Assembly (NCBI GenBank): GCA_964428965.1
Contig: CAYSAF010000002.1
Coordinates: 20,985 to 84,984 of the forward strand
Direction: 5' to 3'
Source of the DNA: Candidatus Woesearchaeota archaeon
Lineage (GTDB): Archaea; Nanobdellota; Nanobdellia; SCGC-AAA011-G17; VGLX01
Length of the DNA: 64,000 nt
Within the stretch, counting starts at the first letter, position 1, and each line of letters starts with the position of its first letter. A model generated the notes under the pieces. It saw nothing but the letters and a program-made list of their open reading frames with translations. It was not told the origin of the DNA and made no database searches. This document shows, in pieces, positions 1 to 10,704 of the stretch. Made by a program: the position numbers and the translations under genes.

Positions 1-1
1 C

Positions 2-664
2 GTTGTTTACCTACCCCACTTCATAGACCTAGAATTCTGGAAACCGACAAAAAAGAAAAGAGAAGAGGGCCTGATTCTTTACGTAGGAGCCATAACGCCA
101 AACAAAGGGGTAGAATACCTAATAAAAGCGATGTCCGAAATACAGAAAGAGGTAAAAGAAGCAAAGCTTAGAGTAATAGGTGAGGGAAGCGAAAGAAAAA
201 AACTAGAGAAAAAAGCAAAAGAACTCAGAATAAGAGTAGAATTCACTGGAAAGCTGAAGCCAGAACAGGTTAGGGACGAATATGGCAAGGCACAAGTTCT
301 GGTAATGCCAAGCATATGGATGGAACAATTCGGAATGGTGGGAATAGAAGCCATGGCAACAGGACTGCCGGTAGTAGGAAGCAACATAGGAGGCATACCA
401 GACTGGTTAATCGATGGAGAAACAGGCTTCCTGGTAAAACCAAAAGACAGCAGGGACATAGCGGAAAAAACAATAAAGATACTAAAGGACAAAGAGCTGT
501 GGGGCGAGCTTTCAAAGAACGCTACAAGAAAAGCTCAGAGATATAACGAAGAGGACTTCAAAGCAGACATAGAAAACATATACAAAGAAGCTATAAATCA
601 GTCACGAAAAAAGAGAAGTACGAATACACAACCTATCAATGTTATAAGGGTCACGATAAGGTAA
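2..664 (+). CDS. Glycosyltransferase family 4 (GT1 fold), C-terminal part; the 5' end lies outside the window
   Basis: The frame is open from base 2 (VVYLPHFIDLEFWKP...). The EX7E-type C-terminal GT4 motifs are present: 'GMVGIEAMATGLPVVGSNIGGIPDWLIDGETGFLVKP'. Confidence 0.75.
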   Translation, partial: VVYLPHFIDLEFWKPTKKKREEGLILYVGAITPNKGVEYLIKAMSEIQKEVKEAKLRVIGEGSERKKLEKKAKELRIRVEFTGKLKPEQVRDEYGKAQVLVMPSIWMEQFGMVGIEAMATGLPVVGSNIGGIPDWLIDGETGFLVKPKDSRDIAEKTIKILKDKELWGELSKNATRKAQRYNEEDFKADIENIYKEAINQSRKKRSTNTQPINVIRVTIR

Positions 665-2688
665 TAAAGCTTTATGGGGTTGTAAGTCAAAAGCAGGGTA
701 TGAGTGCCTTCAGGAACGTAAACTGTAATCATCTCATAAGAATTTCTCACTACAGGAAGATTATTACCGTCCACGTAAGCTTTCCAGTAAGGATGATAAG
801 CGAACTTAACAAAAACCTCGTTGTTAGGAACAGGGCTGTCAAATGAAACAAAAATGTTCCAGTCATCAACTATTGTTGTATTATGATTGGAAGGAACGTT
901 GAAATCAACCCAGTCAGGTGTATAATCTTTCAAAGAATAAACAGAAAGATCACCCTTTGAATATTCTTCAACAAAAAGGCTGCCAGAAAACCTTTTCTCA
1001 AGACCAGGTTCAACAACCAAAGCGTATTTTGCGTTGAAGGCAACCATGTTATTCCTCAACTCCTCTGCAGAGATATCATTAACATCCTTATCAAAAATAC
1101 GCATGCCAAAAGAAGAGGCCAACCTATCTATGGGGTAAGATGAAGAATCATACCAACCACCCACAGAAGGAACGCCAGTATAATAGCTGAATAAAGAGGG
1201 AAGATGCGAGGAACCAAGGTAAGGATCATCAACGTTGTGATAAAAATCTTGCAAAATAATCCTCGAATCAATAATGTTCAAAGAAATCCAGGATAAAGTG
1301 TCGTTGATATCCTCATAAAGAGGAGTCTCGGGAAGCGTAGCAACCTCATATTTTGAGGGAGTGAAATAGCCAAAATTTACCACCAAAAATATGAAGAATA
1401 CAACAAGCAGATAATTTTTTACAGAAAAAAGAGTGTTCAAAAAATAAGACTCTGAAAAAAACCTGTAGAGGTAAGAATCCCTTGAGAAAAGTGAGCTGAG
1501 CGCATAACAAGCAAAAACTACCAAGCTTATGTTAGCAAAAATCATGAAGCGGTAAAACTGGAAATTACTCAGGACAGGCAGAGACTTTATGCTGGGGAAC
1601 AAAAACCAGAAGCCGCTACCGAGGATTAAAGAGATTAGACCAAAAAACAGGAAAGATGTTAGGAAAACATTTTTAGATCTGGACCTAAAGAGCGAAAATA
1701 TGCCCAGAACAGCCATCAAGAAAATAAAAAATTGCGGCAGGGAAGAAACGAAATAGGAAAAAGCCATTTTTGATGACAGTAAAAAGTTGCCAGATGATAA
1801 CGCGCTAAAAAAATCCTGGGTTATAACCCCTTTCGGAACTGAAAATACGAGGGGCATAAAAGTCTTATAAGGAAGCTCATAAAGGTTATAGGTAGGGGGC
1901 CAACCGATATCCGTATCCAACCAACCAGCCATATCAAAAGCTGGAAAAACAAAAAAAGCAAGCTGCAGAACAGAGAGGACCACTAAAAAAACTGTGAAAA
2001 AAACCTTCCTGTTAAAATCCCTGCTGAAAACCCTCACCTTCTTAACAAATACGTGAACCAGAAAATACACCAAGATGAAATAAAAAACTGTGAAAGCAGC
2101 ATAAAGATGACCCAAAGCTATGAGAGAAAACAAAAAGGAAAGGAAGGCAGCCCTGCGAAACGTCAACCTTGAAAAGTAGACATCAAAATAGTGGATGAAG
2201 AGCAGAGCGAAACCCGCAGCCAGTATGCTGCCGAACATGCCGTTAAGAGACATAAGGACTACATCACGCCTTAGCATCATGAACAACAGGGAAAAAATGA
2301 AAGCAAAAATCTTGCTAAAACGGTAACTCAGAAGAAGATAAAGCATGCAGGCAACGAAGACATAAGAAAATAAAAGCACAATCTTAAACGATAACTCTAC
2401 AGAGATACCAAAAACAAAATGAACCAAAGCGATAAACCACTGATTGAGCTGGTATTTGGGGTAAAGCTGTATAGGGTAGCCTGCGAAAGCATCATTGGAC
2501 ATACCAGAAACCCAGCGGTGATTCTCAAGGGTTGAAATAAAGGCGTAAGACTGAGCCAAATGAATAGGGGTATCACCTGCTACTGGAGAGCCTAGTTTAA
2601 AAATAGGGTAGAACATCAAAAGGCCGAAAAGCATTAAAAATATGTAAGGAAGAGATTTTTTAAAAATATTAAAAAGAGAAGCTTTCAT
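598..2688 (-). CDS. Polytopic membrane protein of 696 aa with GT-C-like architecture: a multi-TM N-terminal half and a soluble C-terminal domain of about 250 aa. It may be an oligosaccharyl- or glycosyl-transferase.
   Basis: About 12-13 hydrophobic helices are followed by a hydrophilic C-terminal domain. It sits inside a glycosylation gene cluster. I did not see the AglB WWDYG motif, so the function is unassigned. Confidence 0.45.
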   Translation of the reverse strand: MKASLFNIFKKSLPYIFLMLFGLLMFYPIFKLGSPVAGDTPIHLAQSYAFISTLENHRWVSGMSNDAFAGYPIQLYPKYQLNQWFIALVHFVFGISVELSFKIVLLFSYVFVACMLYLLLSYRFSKIFAFIFSLLFMMLRRDVVLMSLNGMFGSILAAGFALLFIHYFDVYFSRLTFRRAAFLSFLFSLIALGHLYAAFTVFYFILVYFLVHVFVKKVRVFSRDFNRKVFFTVFLVVLSVLQLAFFVFPAFDMAGWLDTDIGWPPTYNLYELPYKTFMPLVFSVPKGVITQDFFSALSSGNFLLSSKMAFSYFVSSLPQFFIFLMAVLGIFSLFRSRSKNVFLTSFLFFGLISLILGSGFWFLFPSIKSLPVLSNFQFYRFMIFANISLVVFACYALSSLFSRDSYLYRFFSESYFLNTLFSVKNYLLVVFFIFLVVNFGYFTPSKYEVATLPETPLYEDINDTLSWISLNIIDSRIILQDFYHNVDDPYLGSSHLPSLFSYYTGVPSVGGWYDSSSYPIDRLASSFGMRIFDKDVNDISAEELRNNMVAFNAKYALVVEPGLEKRFSGSLFVEEYSKGDLSVYSLKDYTPDWVDFNVPSNHNTTIVDDWNIFVSFDSPVPNNEVFVKFAYHPYWKAYVDGNNLPVVRNSYEMITVYVPEGTHTLLLTYNPIKLYYLIVTLITLIGCVFVLLFFRD

Positions 2689-2769
2689 GCCGCTAATTAA
2701 CAGAGGAACTGTTTATAAACTTTCTTTTAATGTTAAGTAAACTTTCTAAGTTTAATAGAGTATACAAAA

Positions 2770-3939
2770 ATGAATTCTTGGTTAATAGAAAATATTATAA
2801 ACAAACGCATACTTGAGGGCGTTATGAATATTTTATTCGTTACGCACAGCGGAAGCACACATCACAGATTCATGGAACTCTACTCTGAAATAGCAAACAA
2901 AGTGGTAATTCTCGGATATGAAAAATATAAAAAAAATCTTGAGTTTGAATATGAACAGATAAGGGACAAGAGCAAAATAAAAGTCTATTACACACCCACG
3001 TTAATGAAATACCCAATTATGACGTCGAGAATAATAAAAAAAGAAAACATAGACCTCATAATATCACACTGCCCGATATCAGGAACAGCGGCAACGCTTG
3101 CAAACATATTCAAGAAAAAGAGGCATGCACTAATCCTGTGCATGGATCCTGTAGCGTGTTACAGGGAAGGCACAAAAGAAAACATCATAATAAGAACAAT
3201 TAAGATAGGAATATTAAAATTGCTGTTAAATATATCCTTCAGGAATGCTGAACTGGCAGTTGCGAGCACAGAGTTAAAGAGGCAGTCAGAAAAATACGGA
3301 GCAAAAAATATACTGATCATACCGAGTTACGGTGTCAGCAAAATATTCAAACCGGCAAAAAAGGATGAGGGTATAATAAAAAAATATAACCTAAAAGGAA
3401 ATAAAACTCTGCTAAGCATAACAAGATTAACGCCTGAAAAAGGCACAAAATATGCTATACTTGCGCTAGGTGAAATAAAAAAAGACATACCAAACACTAA
3501 ACTGATAATACTAGGCAAAGGGCCTGAAGAAGAAGATTTAAAGAACCTTGCACGAAAACTTAACATAGAGAAAGATGTTATACTTCTAGGACATCTAAGA
3601 TTTAATGAAATGCCAAAATACTATAATACGGCAGACGTTTACGTACAACCAAGCTTAAGCGAAGGATTGGGGCTGGCACCTGGAGAAGCAATGGCCTGTA
3701 AAAAGCCAGTTGTAGCAACCAACGTAGGAGGGATACCGGATATAGTGATAGACGGAAAAACAGGACTTCTTGTAAAACCGAGGGATCACATAGCAATAGC
3801 AGAAGCTGTGAAAAGAATGCTCATGGATGAGAAACTCGCAAAAAATCTAAGCGAGAACGGCTATAAACACATAAAAGAAAACTTCGAAGAGGACCAAGCC
3901 CTAAAAAGATTTGTTAATTTCCTAAAACATGGAAATTAA
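2770..3939 (+). CDS. Glycosyltransferase family 4. The start may instead be the internal ATG at 2824 (MNILFVTH...).
   Basis: C-terminal motif 'EGLGLAPGEAMACKKPVVATNVGGIPDIVIDGKTGLLVKP'. N-terminal Rossmann-like 'ILFVTHSG'. Confidence 0.8.
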   Translation: MNSWLIENIINKRILEGVMNILFVTHSGSTHHRFMELYSEIANKVVILGYEKYKKNLEFEYEQIRDKSKIKVYYTPTLMKYPIMTSRIIKKENIDLIISHCPISGTAATLANIFKKKRHALILCMDPVACYREGTKENIIIRTIKIGILKLLLNISFRNAELAVASTELKRQSEKYGAKNILIIPSYGVSKIFKPAKKDEGIIKKYNLKGNKTLLSITRLTPEKGTKYAILALGEIKKDIPNTKLIILGKGPEEEDLKNLARKLNIEKDVILLGHLRFNEMPKYYNTADVYVQPSLSEGLGLAPGEAMACKKPVVATNVGGIPDIVIDGKTGLLVKPRDHIAIAEAVKRMLMDEKLAKNLSENGYKHIKENFEEDQALKRFVNFLKHGN

Positions 3940-4459
3940 AAAACTAAATCTAGGAAGCGGACTAAAACCGTTCAGAGGGTTCATCAACTTAGACATTAAA
4001 AAATACCCCGGCGTTGATGTGGTACACGACCTAGAAAAATTTCCATACCCATTCAAAGACAACACATTTGACTACGTACATGCGGAAGATGTCATAGAAC
4101 ACCTAACCAACATACCAGAAGTGATGAAAGAGATACACAGAATAAGCAAACCAGGTGCGGTGGTTGAAATAAAAGTGCCTTATTTCAGAAGCGAATCAGC
4201 ATTTGACGACCCCACACATAAAACCTTCTTCACATACAAAACCTTTGACCACTTCACAAACAAAATCCATCCAGAAGTACCCATGAAAATATACCTTTTT
4301 GATTATTTAAAAAAAGAATTTAAGTTCAGAAAAAGCTACAAGGTTATAGGCATAAGCCTGCTGGCAAAGAGATTCCCGCATTTTTACGAAACGCTTTTAT
4401 CCCACATATTCCCGGCAGGCGGTATGGACATAGTTTTAAGGGTGAGAAAACAAAAATAA
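3929..4459 (+). CDS. Small class I SAM-dependent methyltransferase-like protein. It is a paralogue of 14769..15281.
   Basis: 'LNLGSG' glycine-rich motif and a 'DYVHAEDVIEHL' post-motif. It overlaps the upstream GT4 stop by 11 nt. Confidence 0.5.
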   Translation: MEIKKLNLGSGLKPFRGFINLDIKKYPGVDVVHDLEKFPYPFKDNTFDYVHAEDVIEHLTNIPEVMKEIHRISKPGAVVEIKVPYFRSESAFDDPTHKTFFTYKTFDHFTNKIHPEVPMKIYLFDYLKKEFKFRKSYKVIGISLLAKRFPHFYETLLSHIFPAGGMDIVLRVRKQK

Positions 4460-4511
4460 ATCAAACGACTGTCTTGATAAAAAAACATCCAGCAAGAATA
4501 TACCTTTAAAT

Positions 4512-5435
4512 TCATTCGTGTTTTGTATCGTATTTAAGTTTCCAATCCACGTATTCTTTTAACAAACCATCAAAATCTGTATTTGGCTTCCAACCAAGTT
4601 CTAAAGCCTTAGTATTGTCACATAAAAATTCATGAACCTCTCCCGGTCTCGGTTCCGTGTGTACCGGCTTCATACTGTCTTTACCAAATAACCTGATCAT
4701 TTTCGTGGCAAGTTCATTTATAGATATATTTTTACCCAGCCCAACGTTAAACTCTTTCCCCCAATGATCCCCTTTTCTAAGCATCAGCATGTAAAAATTG
4801 ATAGCATCCCTGTAATCCATAAAATCCCTTTTTTGGGTCCCATCGCCAAATATTACAGGTGGTTTATCAGCGGCGAGCCTATCTGCGAATTTGGCAATAA
4901 CCGCTCCCCATTTATCATCGCTTTGGTATTTGCCAAAAGTATTAAAATTACGAACTATAACAACAGGTAGCCCGTATGAATAATGATAAGCTTTGCATAA
5001 ACCATCTGCACCCATTTTAGCAGCAGCATATGGGCTCTTTGGGTGCATAACGTGACTCTCATCCATTTTTCCATTACTTTTCTTATCGCCGTATATTTCT
5101 GTTGAAGATGCGAAAATAACGGGAATATCAAGCTTTCTTCCTATTTCCAAAACTCCCAAAGTTCCTATTGTATTGACCTGTACTGTGTCTTCAGGGTCTA
5201 TTAAAGATTTTTCAACATTTATTTGCGCAGCAAGGTGGACTATGTAATCACAATTTTGTATTATGTTATAGTGCTTACTTATATTTCTAACATCCTCTTT
5301 TATAAATTCCCCTTTTCTAAACCTGCACGGGTGGGATAAATTGTCAATACCTATGACACTATGCCCTTCGCTGATTAACTTTTCCTTTAGATGCGTACCA
5401 ATAAAACCCTCAGAACCTGTGATAAGAACATTCAT
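4512..5435 (-). CDS. NAD-dependent nucleotide-sugar epimerase/dehydratase of the SDR family
   Basis: N-terminal 'MNVLITGSEGFIGTHL' Rossmann motif. YxxxK is present as 'YAAAK'. This is the RmlB/GalE-like family. Confidence 0.8.
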   Translation of the reverse strand: MNVLITGSEGFIGTHLKEKLISEGHSVIGIDNLSHPCRFRKGEFIKEDVRNISKHYNIIQNCDYIVHLAAQINVEKSLIDPEDTVQVNTIGTLGVLEIGRKLDIPVIFASSTEIYGDKKSNGKMDESHVMHPKSPYAAAKMGADGLCKAYHYSYGLPVVIVRNFNTFGKYQSDDKWGAVIAKFADRLAADKPPVIFGDGTQKRDFMDYRDAINFYMLMLRKGDHWGKEFNVGLGKNISINELATKMIRLFGKDSMKPVHTEPRPGEVHEFLCDNTKALELGWKPNTDFDGLLKEYVDWKLKYDTKHE

Positions 5436-5613
5436 CCATTTGCCCCTCTTTTTATGCCTCTAAAAAATATACCGATGCCATTTCTTACTCTTAAATATGA
5501 AACCTTTCTCACACCCATTACCCTTACGTTATACTTATTTAAATTTTTTGGTAATTGAAAACTCAATTGCTCGTATCGTGTTTATTGCTAAATTTTATTC
5601 GCGCGTTAAGAAA

Positions 5614-7182
5614 TCATTTAGGCACGAACTTCTTCCCCCTCATTATCTTCCAGTAAATCCTGTTATTCCTAACAAACTCGTAAGGCTTTTCCACCATGTA
5701 ATGCTCGAATAAAGGGTGAACTTTATAGGCAGCTTTTGAAGAATACAACAATGCATACATGAAAATCCTTATCAAAGTAGCACGGAACTTGTCACCGCTA
5801 TCGCTAGACTTCCTGTCTATAAACTGCTTGTTAACAAACCTTTCAGCCTCCCTAATCTTCTTCTTAACACTCCTGTTGTAGTTAAAGAATCCTGACTTGT
5901 CCAACATGCCGTGATCGTTAAAGAAAATCTTCCTAAAAATTGGTTGTGGATAAACTCTATCATAACCAGTAAACCTGTCAAGTTTCAACCACCAGTTCTC
6001 AAAGCCATAATTATCTTTGTAAGTTTCATAAATTTCTGTACCGGGATAAGGAACTAGGATGCCGCCACGCATTATAAGGTAGACGTAAGGGCTCAACTCC
6101 TTCATGACCTTTATGGTCCTATCTATATGAGTAGGCGTCTCCCAAGGAAATCCATACATGAAGGTTACTGTGCAGGGAAGCCCCAAGTCATAAGTCATTT
6201 TAACCACTTCTCTTGCCTTCTCAACCGTAAACAAAGGACCTTTTTTAACAAGCTTCAACGTTTCATTATCACCGCTCTCGATACCGTAAGTAATCCTGGT
6301 GCAGCCAGCAGCCTTTATCTCCTCTAAAAGCTCCCTGGTTACGAAATCAAGACGAGAGTGACAAGCCCAAGTAACACCTTCAAGCTCAGGCTCTTTCTTC
6401 AAAAGCTTGCAAAACTCCTTAATCCTCGCTAGGTTAATAGAAAAAGAGTCATCGATAAAGTTAAAATGAGAAACCCCGTATTTGCGTTTAAGAGAAACCA
6501 TCTCTGCTATAACATTCTTAGGACTCCTGAACCTGTAATGACGACCACCTATGATGTTACAACAAAAAGTACAGCTGTAAGGGCAACCCCTGCTTGTCAG
6601 GATTTGACCTGCGAAACAATCAACCTCCTCCTTTGTGCGAGCGTAGTCATCGATATTAAAAAGGTCACGAGCAGGAAAGGGTATCTTATCGAGGTTTGTG
6701 ACCAGTTTAGCAGGATTTGTAAAAACAACCTTACCTTCATTCTTGAAAGCAATTCCGTCAACATCCTTAAGCTTCTTCTTTCCCTCATAGAACTTAGCCA
6801 GTTCAAGAACCGTGTTTTCAGCCTCCCCCAAAGCAACTATATCAACGCCGTTATCAAGAACCTCTTTAGGAACTATGGTTGGGTGTGGCCCTCCTGCTAA
6901 AATCTTTATGCTTGGAAATCTTTGCTTGACCTTCTTTATCATATCATAGCTCAAAATAACCCTGTAACTCATCATGATAAAACCAACAAATGAGGGTTTG
7001 AACTTTTCAATCATATCAAGAATCTGATCATCGGTATAAGAAGCATGGAATGCGGAACCGTCAAAAAGCTTGACATCATACCCATTTTTCCTCAAAACAG
7101 CAGCAAGATAACCTACACCTAAAACAGGCGAGTTACTCTTAGCAGGAGAGTTGCTGTGTATGAAAAAAAACTTAGGCTTCAT
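5614..7182 (-). CDS. B12-binding domain radical SAM protein (class B rSAM)
   Basis: The N-terminal cobalamin-binding-like domain reads 'FFIHSNSPAKS...LAGGPHPT'. The radical SAM cluster motif is 'SRGCPYSCTFCCN'. Confidence 0.75.
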   Translation of the reverse strand: MKPKFFFIHSNSPAKSNSPVLGVGYLAAVLRKNGYDVKLFDGSAFHASYTDDQILDMIEKFKPSFVGFIMMSYRVILSYDMIKKVKQRFPSIKILAGGPHPTIVPKEVLDNGVDIVALGEAENTVLELAKFYEGKKKLKDVDGIAFKNEGKVVFTNPAKLVTNLDKIPFPARDLFNIDDYARTKEEVDCFAGQILTSRGCPYSCTFCCNIIGGRHYRFRSPKNVIAEMVSLKRKYGVSHFNFIDDSFSINLARIKEFCKLLKKEPELEGVTWACHSRLDFVTRELLEEIKAAGCTRITYGIESGDNETLKLVKKGPLFTVEKAREVVKMTYDLGLPCTVTFMYGFPWETPTHIDRTIKVMKELSPYVYLIMRGGILVPYPGTEIYETYKDNYGFENWWLKLDRFTGYDRVYPQPIFRKIFFNDHGMLDKSGFFNYNRSVKKKIREAERFVNKQFIDRKSSDSGDKFRATLIRIFMYALLYSSKAAYKVHPLFEHYMVEKPYEFVRNNRIYWKIMRGKKFVPK

Positions 7183-7234
7183 AAGTTACCACCTACAAAC
7201 TGATATTTTTAGATTTAAATAACTTTTTATGGTG

Positions 7235-8803
7235 TTAAGGTTCTAAGAACCTCCTGAAAAACTTTATACGACCAAGTAAGTTATAGCCGAACTTCTTCTG
7301 TATAGCATCTACAATCATCAGGTCCTCTTTTGAAAATGCCTTTGTGAAAAAGAGGAATAAGAGGTAAAGCAATGAGGCAACAAGTGAGAGTATGACAATT
7401 ATGTAGATGCTAACTGTATTAACAAAGAAATTAAGCACCAAGAACGTAACCAGGATTGCAACACCACTTCCAACCAGACTCTTTAAGAAATAATGCAACT
7501 TGAAGAATTTAACATGAGCAAAACGGTAACTCTCAACAAGGATAAGGATGCTCAATAAGATGTAAGAAAGGGAAGTGACGAACGCAGCACCGTTAACACC
7601 GTATCTGGGAATAAGGAATATGTTTAGGATGGCAGCAAAGACGGTTACAACCAGATAATTAAAGAAAATGAGCTTAGTCTTCCCCACAACCATCAGAATA
7701 TTCTGAAAAGCCATGGCAGCGGAGTAAACGAAAAAACCTATGGAAAGCATGATTAGGGCTAAGTAACCAGCAGAGTACACCTGACCGAAAAAAACCCCGA
7801 GAAAGTCTTTAGAGAAAAAGAGGATCAGACTCAGGGGCAACAAGGTAAGGATAAATATCCATTTAGTTGTTATCTGACAGATCGATTCAAAGGATGATTT
7901 CTCACCTCTTGCGTAAAGCTCTGTTAGTATAGGTAGGAACAAAGCCAAAAAGGCATAAGGGATTAACAAAATAAGCTGGGCTGTGGGGTAGGCAGCATTA
8001 TACACCCCCACATCAGAAGCGTTCTTGAAGTAACCAAGCATCCAGGTATCGATAGAGCCGAGAATTATTATGAAAAAACTGCTAAGAACAAGGGGCCAGG
8101 AGTAAGAAAGGAGCTCTTTGTTGATGTAAAGAGGAACCACCTTACCCCTGAATATAGGATAAACCTTCTTCTCAAGAAAATACAAAGTGAATATGAAGGC
8201 TAAGAACACTGCAAAGACATAAGCAACCGTGAGGCCTATAACGCTGACACCAAGGTAAATGAGAACAGCGCTGAGAATTAACTTGGAAGATGTTTCGATT
8301 ATGTTTCGAGTGTAAACTTCGTACTGCAGCTTCTGAAACGCCTCGAAGGCTGCATAGAAAATGAAGTTAAGAGCTGCAAGAGGTATTACCAAAGCAACCA
8401 ACTTGAATATCAAGCTTAGCTTATCGTAATCTATATGAGGAAAAAAGGTTTGACTAATCCAACCAGAAAAGACAAAGAACAGGAAAGCAATCAGCAAACC
8501 AAGGAACAAGGTGACTCTTGAAGCAAAAAGCACAACCCCCCTTATGTGAGAATCGTCTTCTTTACCCCGATAATATGAAACGTACCGCAAAACACCGTTG
8601 TTCATTCCAAGGGTTGCAAAAATCGCTAGAAACCCGATAAAGGAAAGACCCAAGCTGAGTATACCGTACTGCTCTGTACCGGTCCTAGCAATCATCAACC
8701 TATAAAAATAAGTAAAAAGCTTAGAAATAATCAAGCCAGCTAGATAGATACCAGCTCCCTTCACCAACTCCTTCAGAGGCCTTTCGATGGTTTTCATATT
8801 CAA
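7235..8803 (-). CDS. Polysaccharide/oligosaccharide flippase of the MOP/Wzx-like family
   Basis: About 12-14 TM helices over 522 aa. The typical Wzx N-terminus 'LKELVKGAGIYLAGLIISKL' is present. Confidence 0.65.
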   Translation of the reverse strand: MNMKTIERPLKELVKGAGIYLAGLIISKLFTYFYRLMIARTGTEQYGILSLGLSFIGFLAIFATLGMNNGVLRYVSYYRGKEDDSHIRGVVLFASRVTLFLGLLIAFLFFVFSGWISQTFFPHIDYDKLSLIFKLVALVIPLAALNFIFYAAFEAFQKLQYEVYTRNIIETSSKLILSAVLIYLGVSVIGLTVAYVFAVFLAFIFTLYFLEKKVYPIFRGKVVPLYINKELLSYSWPLVLSSFFIIILGSIDTWMLGYFKNASDVGVYNAAYPTAQLILLIPYAFLALFLPILTELYARGEKSSFESICQITTKWIFILTLLPLSLILFFSKDFLGVFFGQVYSAGYLALIMLSIGFFVYSAAMAFQNILMVVGKTKLIFFNYLVVTVFAAILNIFLIPRYGVNGAAFVTSLSYILLSILILVESYRFAHVKFFKLHYFLKSLVGSGVAILVTFLVLNFFVNTVSIYIIVILSLVASLLYLLFLFFTKAFSKEDLMIVDAIQKKFGYNLLGRIKFFRRFLEP

Positions 8804-9855
8804 AACCTACTGTAAGACTTTTTACCCTTCAACCTAGAAGAAAATACCCTCCCAAGTTTCCTAGAAAGATAGTAAGAAAGCTTAACAGGCTCATTAAAAC
8901 CCGGCCAACCATAACCCTCATTACATTTGGCACACATCTCATTGTTTCCAAACTTATTGGTTATGTGTTGGTGCCTTAGCGTTCTCATGTTCAAGTTATT
9001 CCAAACATCCTCTAAAGACTCCCTTTTCAAATCACCAACGACATACTTACCGTCATAGTCGTAACAGCAAGGAACAACGCGACCGTCCCAGAGTACAGTT
9101 AAGTAATGCCAAGGGGTGAAACAGGGATATATGCTCTTCTCCTTAATCATCTTCGAAGTAGACTCGTCAGCTAGACTGAGCAATGGGTTGATACCAAAAC
9201 TGGAAAACTGCTTTATGACAGTGCCATCAACCCCTGGAATTTGCCATTTCTTCCTAAAGGTGTCAACTTGATTCTTTGTCAACTCCATGTAAATCAGACC
9301 AACTTCTATGTGTGGCTTGTCTGATTTCCTCTTAACCTTTAAATCTGCCAGGTACTCTATGTTAGAAATAGCTTTGCTGTAGTTTGCGCCAGCACCCCTA
9401 ACCTTTTTGTAAGACTCGTCATCAACAGAGTCAAGAGCTATGTAGAGATAATCAACCCCAGAGCCTATCACCTTCTCAGATATTTTTGGGGTGAGGAGTG
9501 TAGGGTTAACAGAAAAATAAACTTTGATGCCCTTCTTGTGGCAGTAATCAACAAAGTCAAAAATTTGGGGGTGCATCAACGGATCACCAAAATGAAGCAA
9601 CTCTATATACTTATGATAAACCTTAACCTGGTCGATTATCTTTTTGAACAACTCAAAGCCCATATTACCCACCTTCCTTTTCATGTACTGGCGAGGGCAC
9701 ATCACACACTTCATAGGGCAATTGTTTGTAGGCTCAAGATTAAGGATTAGTGGCTTGGAGTGAACCCTTTCAGACCTGCTAAAATAGGACAAAGCCTGGG
9801 CCAAGAAAGTGTAACCAACCTTTACTTTATTCCCTAAAAAAGATATTTTTTTCAT
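8800..9855 (-). CDS. Radical SAM protein with a C-terminal SPASM-like Cys-rich domain
   Basis: 'LEPTNNCPMKCVMCP' carries CxxxCxxC. C-terminal cysteines occur in 'VVPCCYDYDG...CAKCNEGYGW'. Confidence 0.7.
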   Translation of the reverse strand: MKKISFLGNKVKVGYTFLAQALSYFSRSERVHSKPLILNLEPTNNCPMKCVMCPRQYMKRKVGNMGFELFKKIIDQVKVYHKYIELLHFGDPLMHPQIFDFVDYCHKKGIKVYFSVNPTLLTPKISEKVIGSGVDYLYIALDSVDDESYKKVRGAGANYSKAISNIEYLADLKVKRKSDKPHIEVGLIYMELTKNQVDTFRKKWQIPGVDGTVIKQFSSFGINPLLSLADESTSKMIKEKSIYPCFTPWHYLTVLWDGRVVPCCYDYDGKYVVGDLKRESLEDVWNNLNMRTLRHQHITNKFGNNEMCAKCNEGYGWPGFNEPVKLSYYLSRKLGRVFSSRLKGKKSYSRF

Positions 9856-9930
9856 ACAGAGGATAGAAAAAATATTAAGTATTTAAATAACCTTCTATTC
9901 AAATTTGGAAAGATTAATATAAGTGGTGTA

Positions 9931-10704
9931 ATGAAAAATAAAGAGATTTTTATGAAAAACATTATGATAGTGGCAGCCCATCCAGATGACGAAGCGATAG
10001 GATGCGCAGCTAAAATAATCAGGACGGTAGCGGAAAAAGGGAAAGTAACAGTCGTTTACATAACAGACGGGGAATTCTACGAACAGAGTGAAGCAAGGAG
10101 GGAGGAAGCAAAAGAAGCGATGAAGATAGTCAGAGTAAAAAATCTTGTATTCCTCAAACACAAGGGTTCAGACTTAACAGATAAAACGTCTGTGGATAAC
10201 CTAATTGAAACAGTAAAAATGCTAATAGAAAAAAACAAAGCAGGCGAGGTTTACGTACCAGCATTCGAAGGCGGAAACTATGAGCATGACATAACAAACT
10301 ACATAGTCAGCCAAGCAGCAGAAGGGTTGAAAGAAAAAATCTTAGTCTACGAGTTCCCGATGTACAACAACAAGCTGAAGATGTTCCTAAAAAGATGCAC
10401 GAGAAGGGCAAGGCGGCTAAGCGGATTAGGATTCTACACATTCCCGCCAGAATTCCCAAACAAAAAAGGAGAAACGATAATTCTTAATATGAGTCCGGAA
10501 GAAATGCAAATAAAAAAACAAATGCTAGAAACATATAAGTCACAAAACGGGAACAAAATCCTGCTAAAATGTTACATGTACCCTGACAAGTACAGGGTAT
10601 GCCCAAAACATGATTACAGAAAAAAACCGCACGGTATAATACCATTGATCTACGAAACAAACACAAAGTTGAGATTCAAAGACTTCAAGAAGGTGCTGAG
10701 ATGA
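9931..10704 (+). CDS. PIG-L/LmbE family N-acetylglucosaminyl deacetylase
   Basis: 'IMIVAAHPDDEAIGCAAKI' is the LmbE signature 'AHPDDE'. Confidence 0.8.
   Translation: MKNKEIFMKNIMIVAAHPDDEAIGCAAKIIRTVAEKGKVTVVYITDGEFYEQSEARREEAKEAMKIVRVKNLVFLKHKGSDLTDKTSVDNLIETVKMLIEKNKAGEVYVPAFEGGNYEHDITNYIVSQAAEGLKEKILVYEFPMYNNKLKMFLKRCTRRARRLSGLGFYTFPPEFPNKKGETIILNMSPEEMQIKKQMLETYKSQNGNKILLKCYMYPDKYRVCPKHDYRKKPHGIIPLIYETNTKLRFKDFKKVLR

Noticed and set aside
598-2688. The 696-aa membrane protein considered as oligosaccharyltransferase AglB/STT3
   Set aside because: The architecture is GT-C-like, but I could not find the WWDYG motif or a DxD/DK loop signature by eye. It is too short for a typical AglB. I kept it as a generic GT-C-like membrane protein.
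5497-5712. A 71-aa plus-strand ORF between the epimerase and B12-rSAM genes
   Set aside because: It spans the convergent intergenic region and runs into the 3' end of the rSAM gene on the opposite strand. Its hydrophobic composition looks random, so it is likely non-coding.
9895-10161. An 88-aa ORF on the minus strand overlapping the LmbE start and the divergent promoter
   Set aside because: It lies inside the rSAM/LmbE divergent intergenic region and the 5' end of LmbE, and it has an odd Cys/Phe-rich composition. It is most likely a spurious frame.
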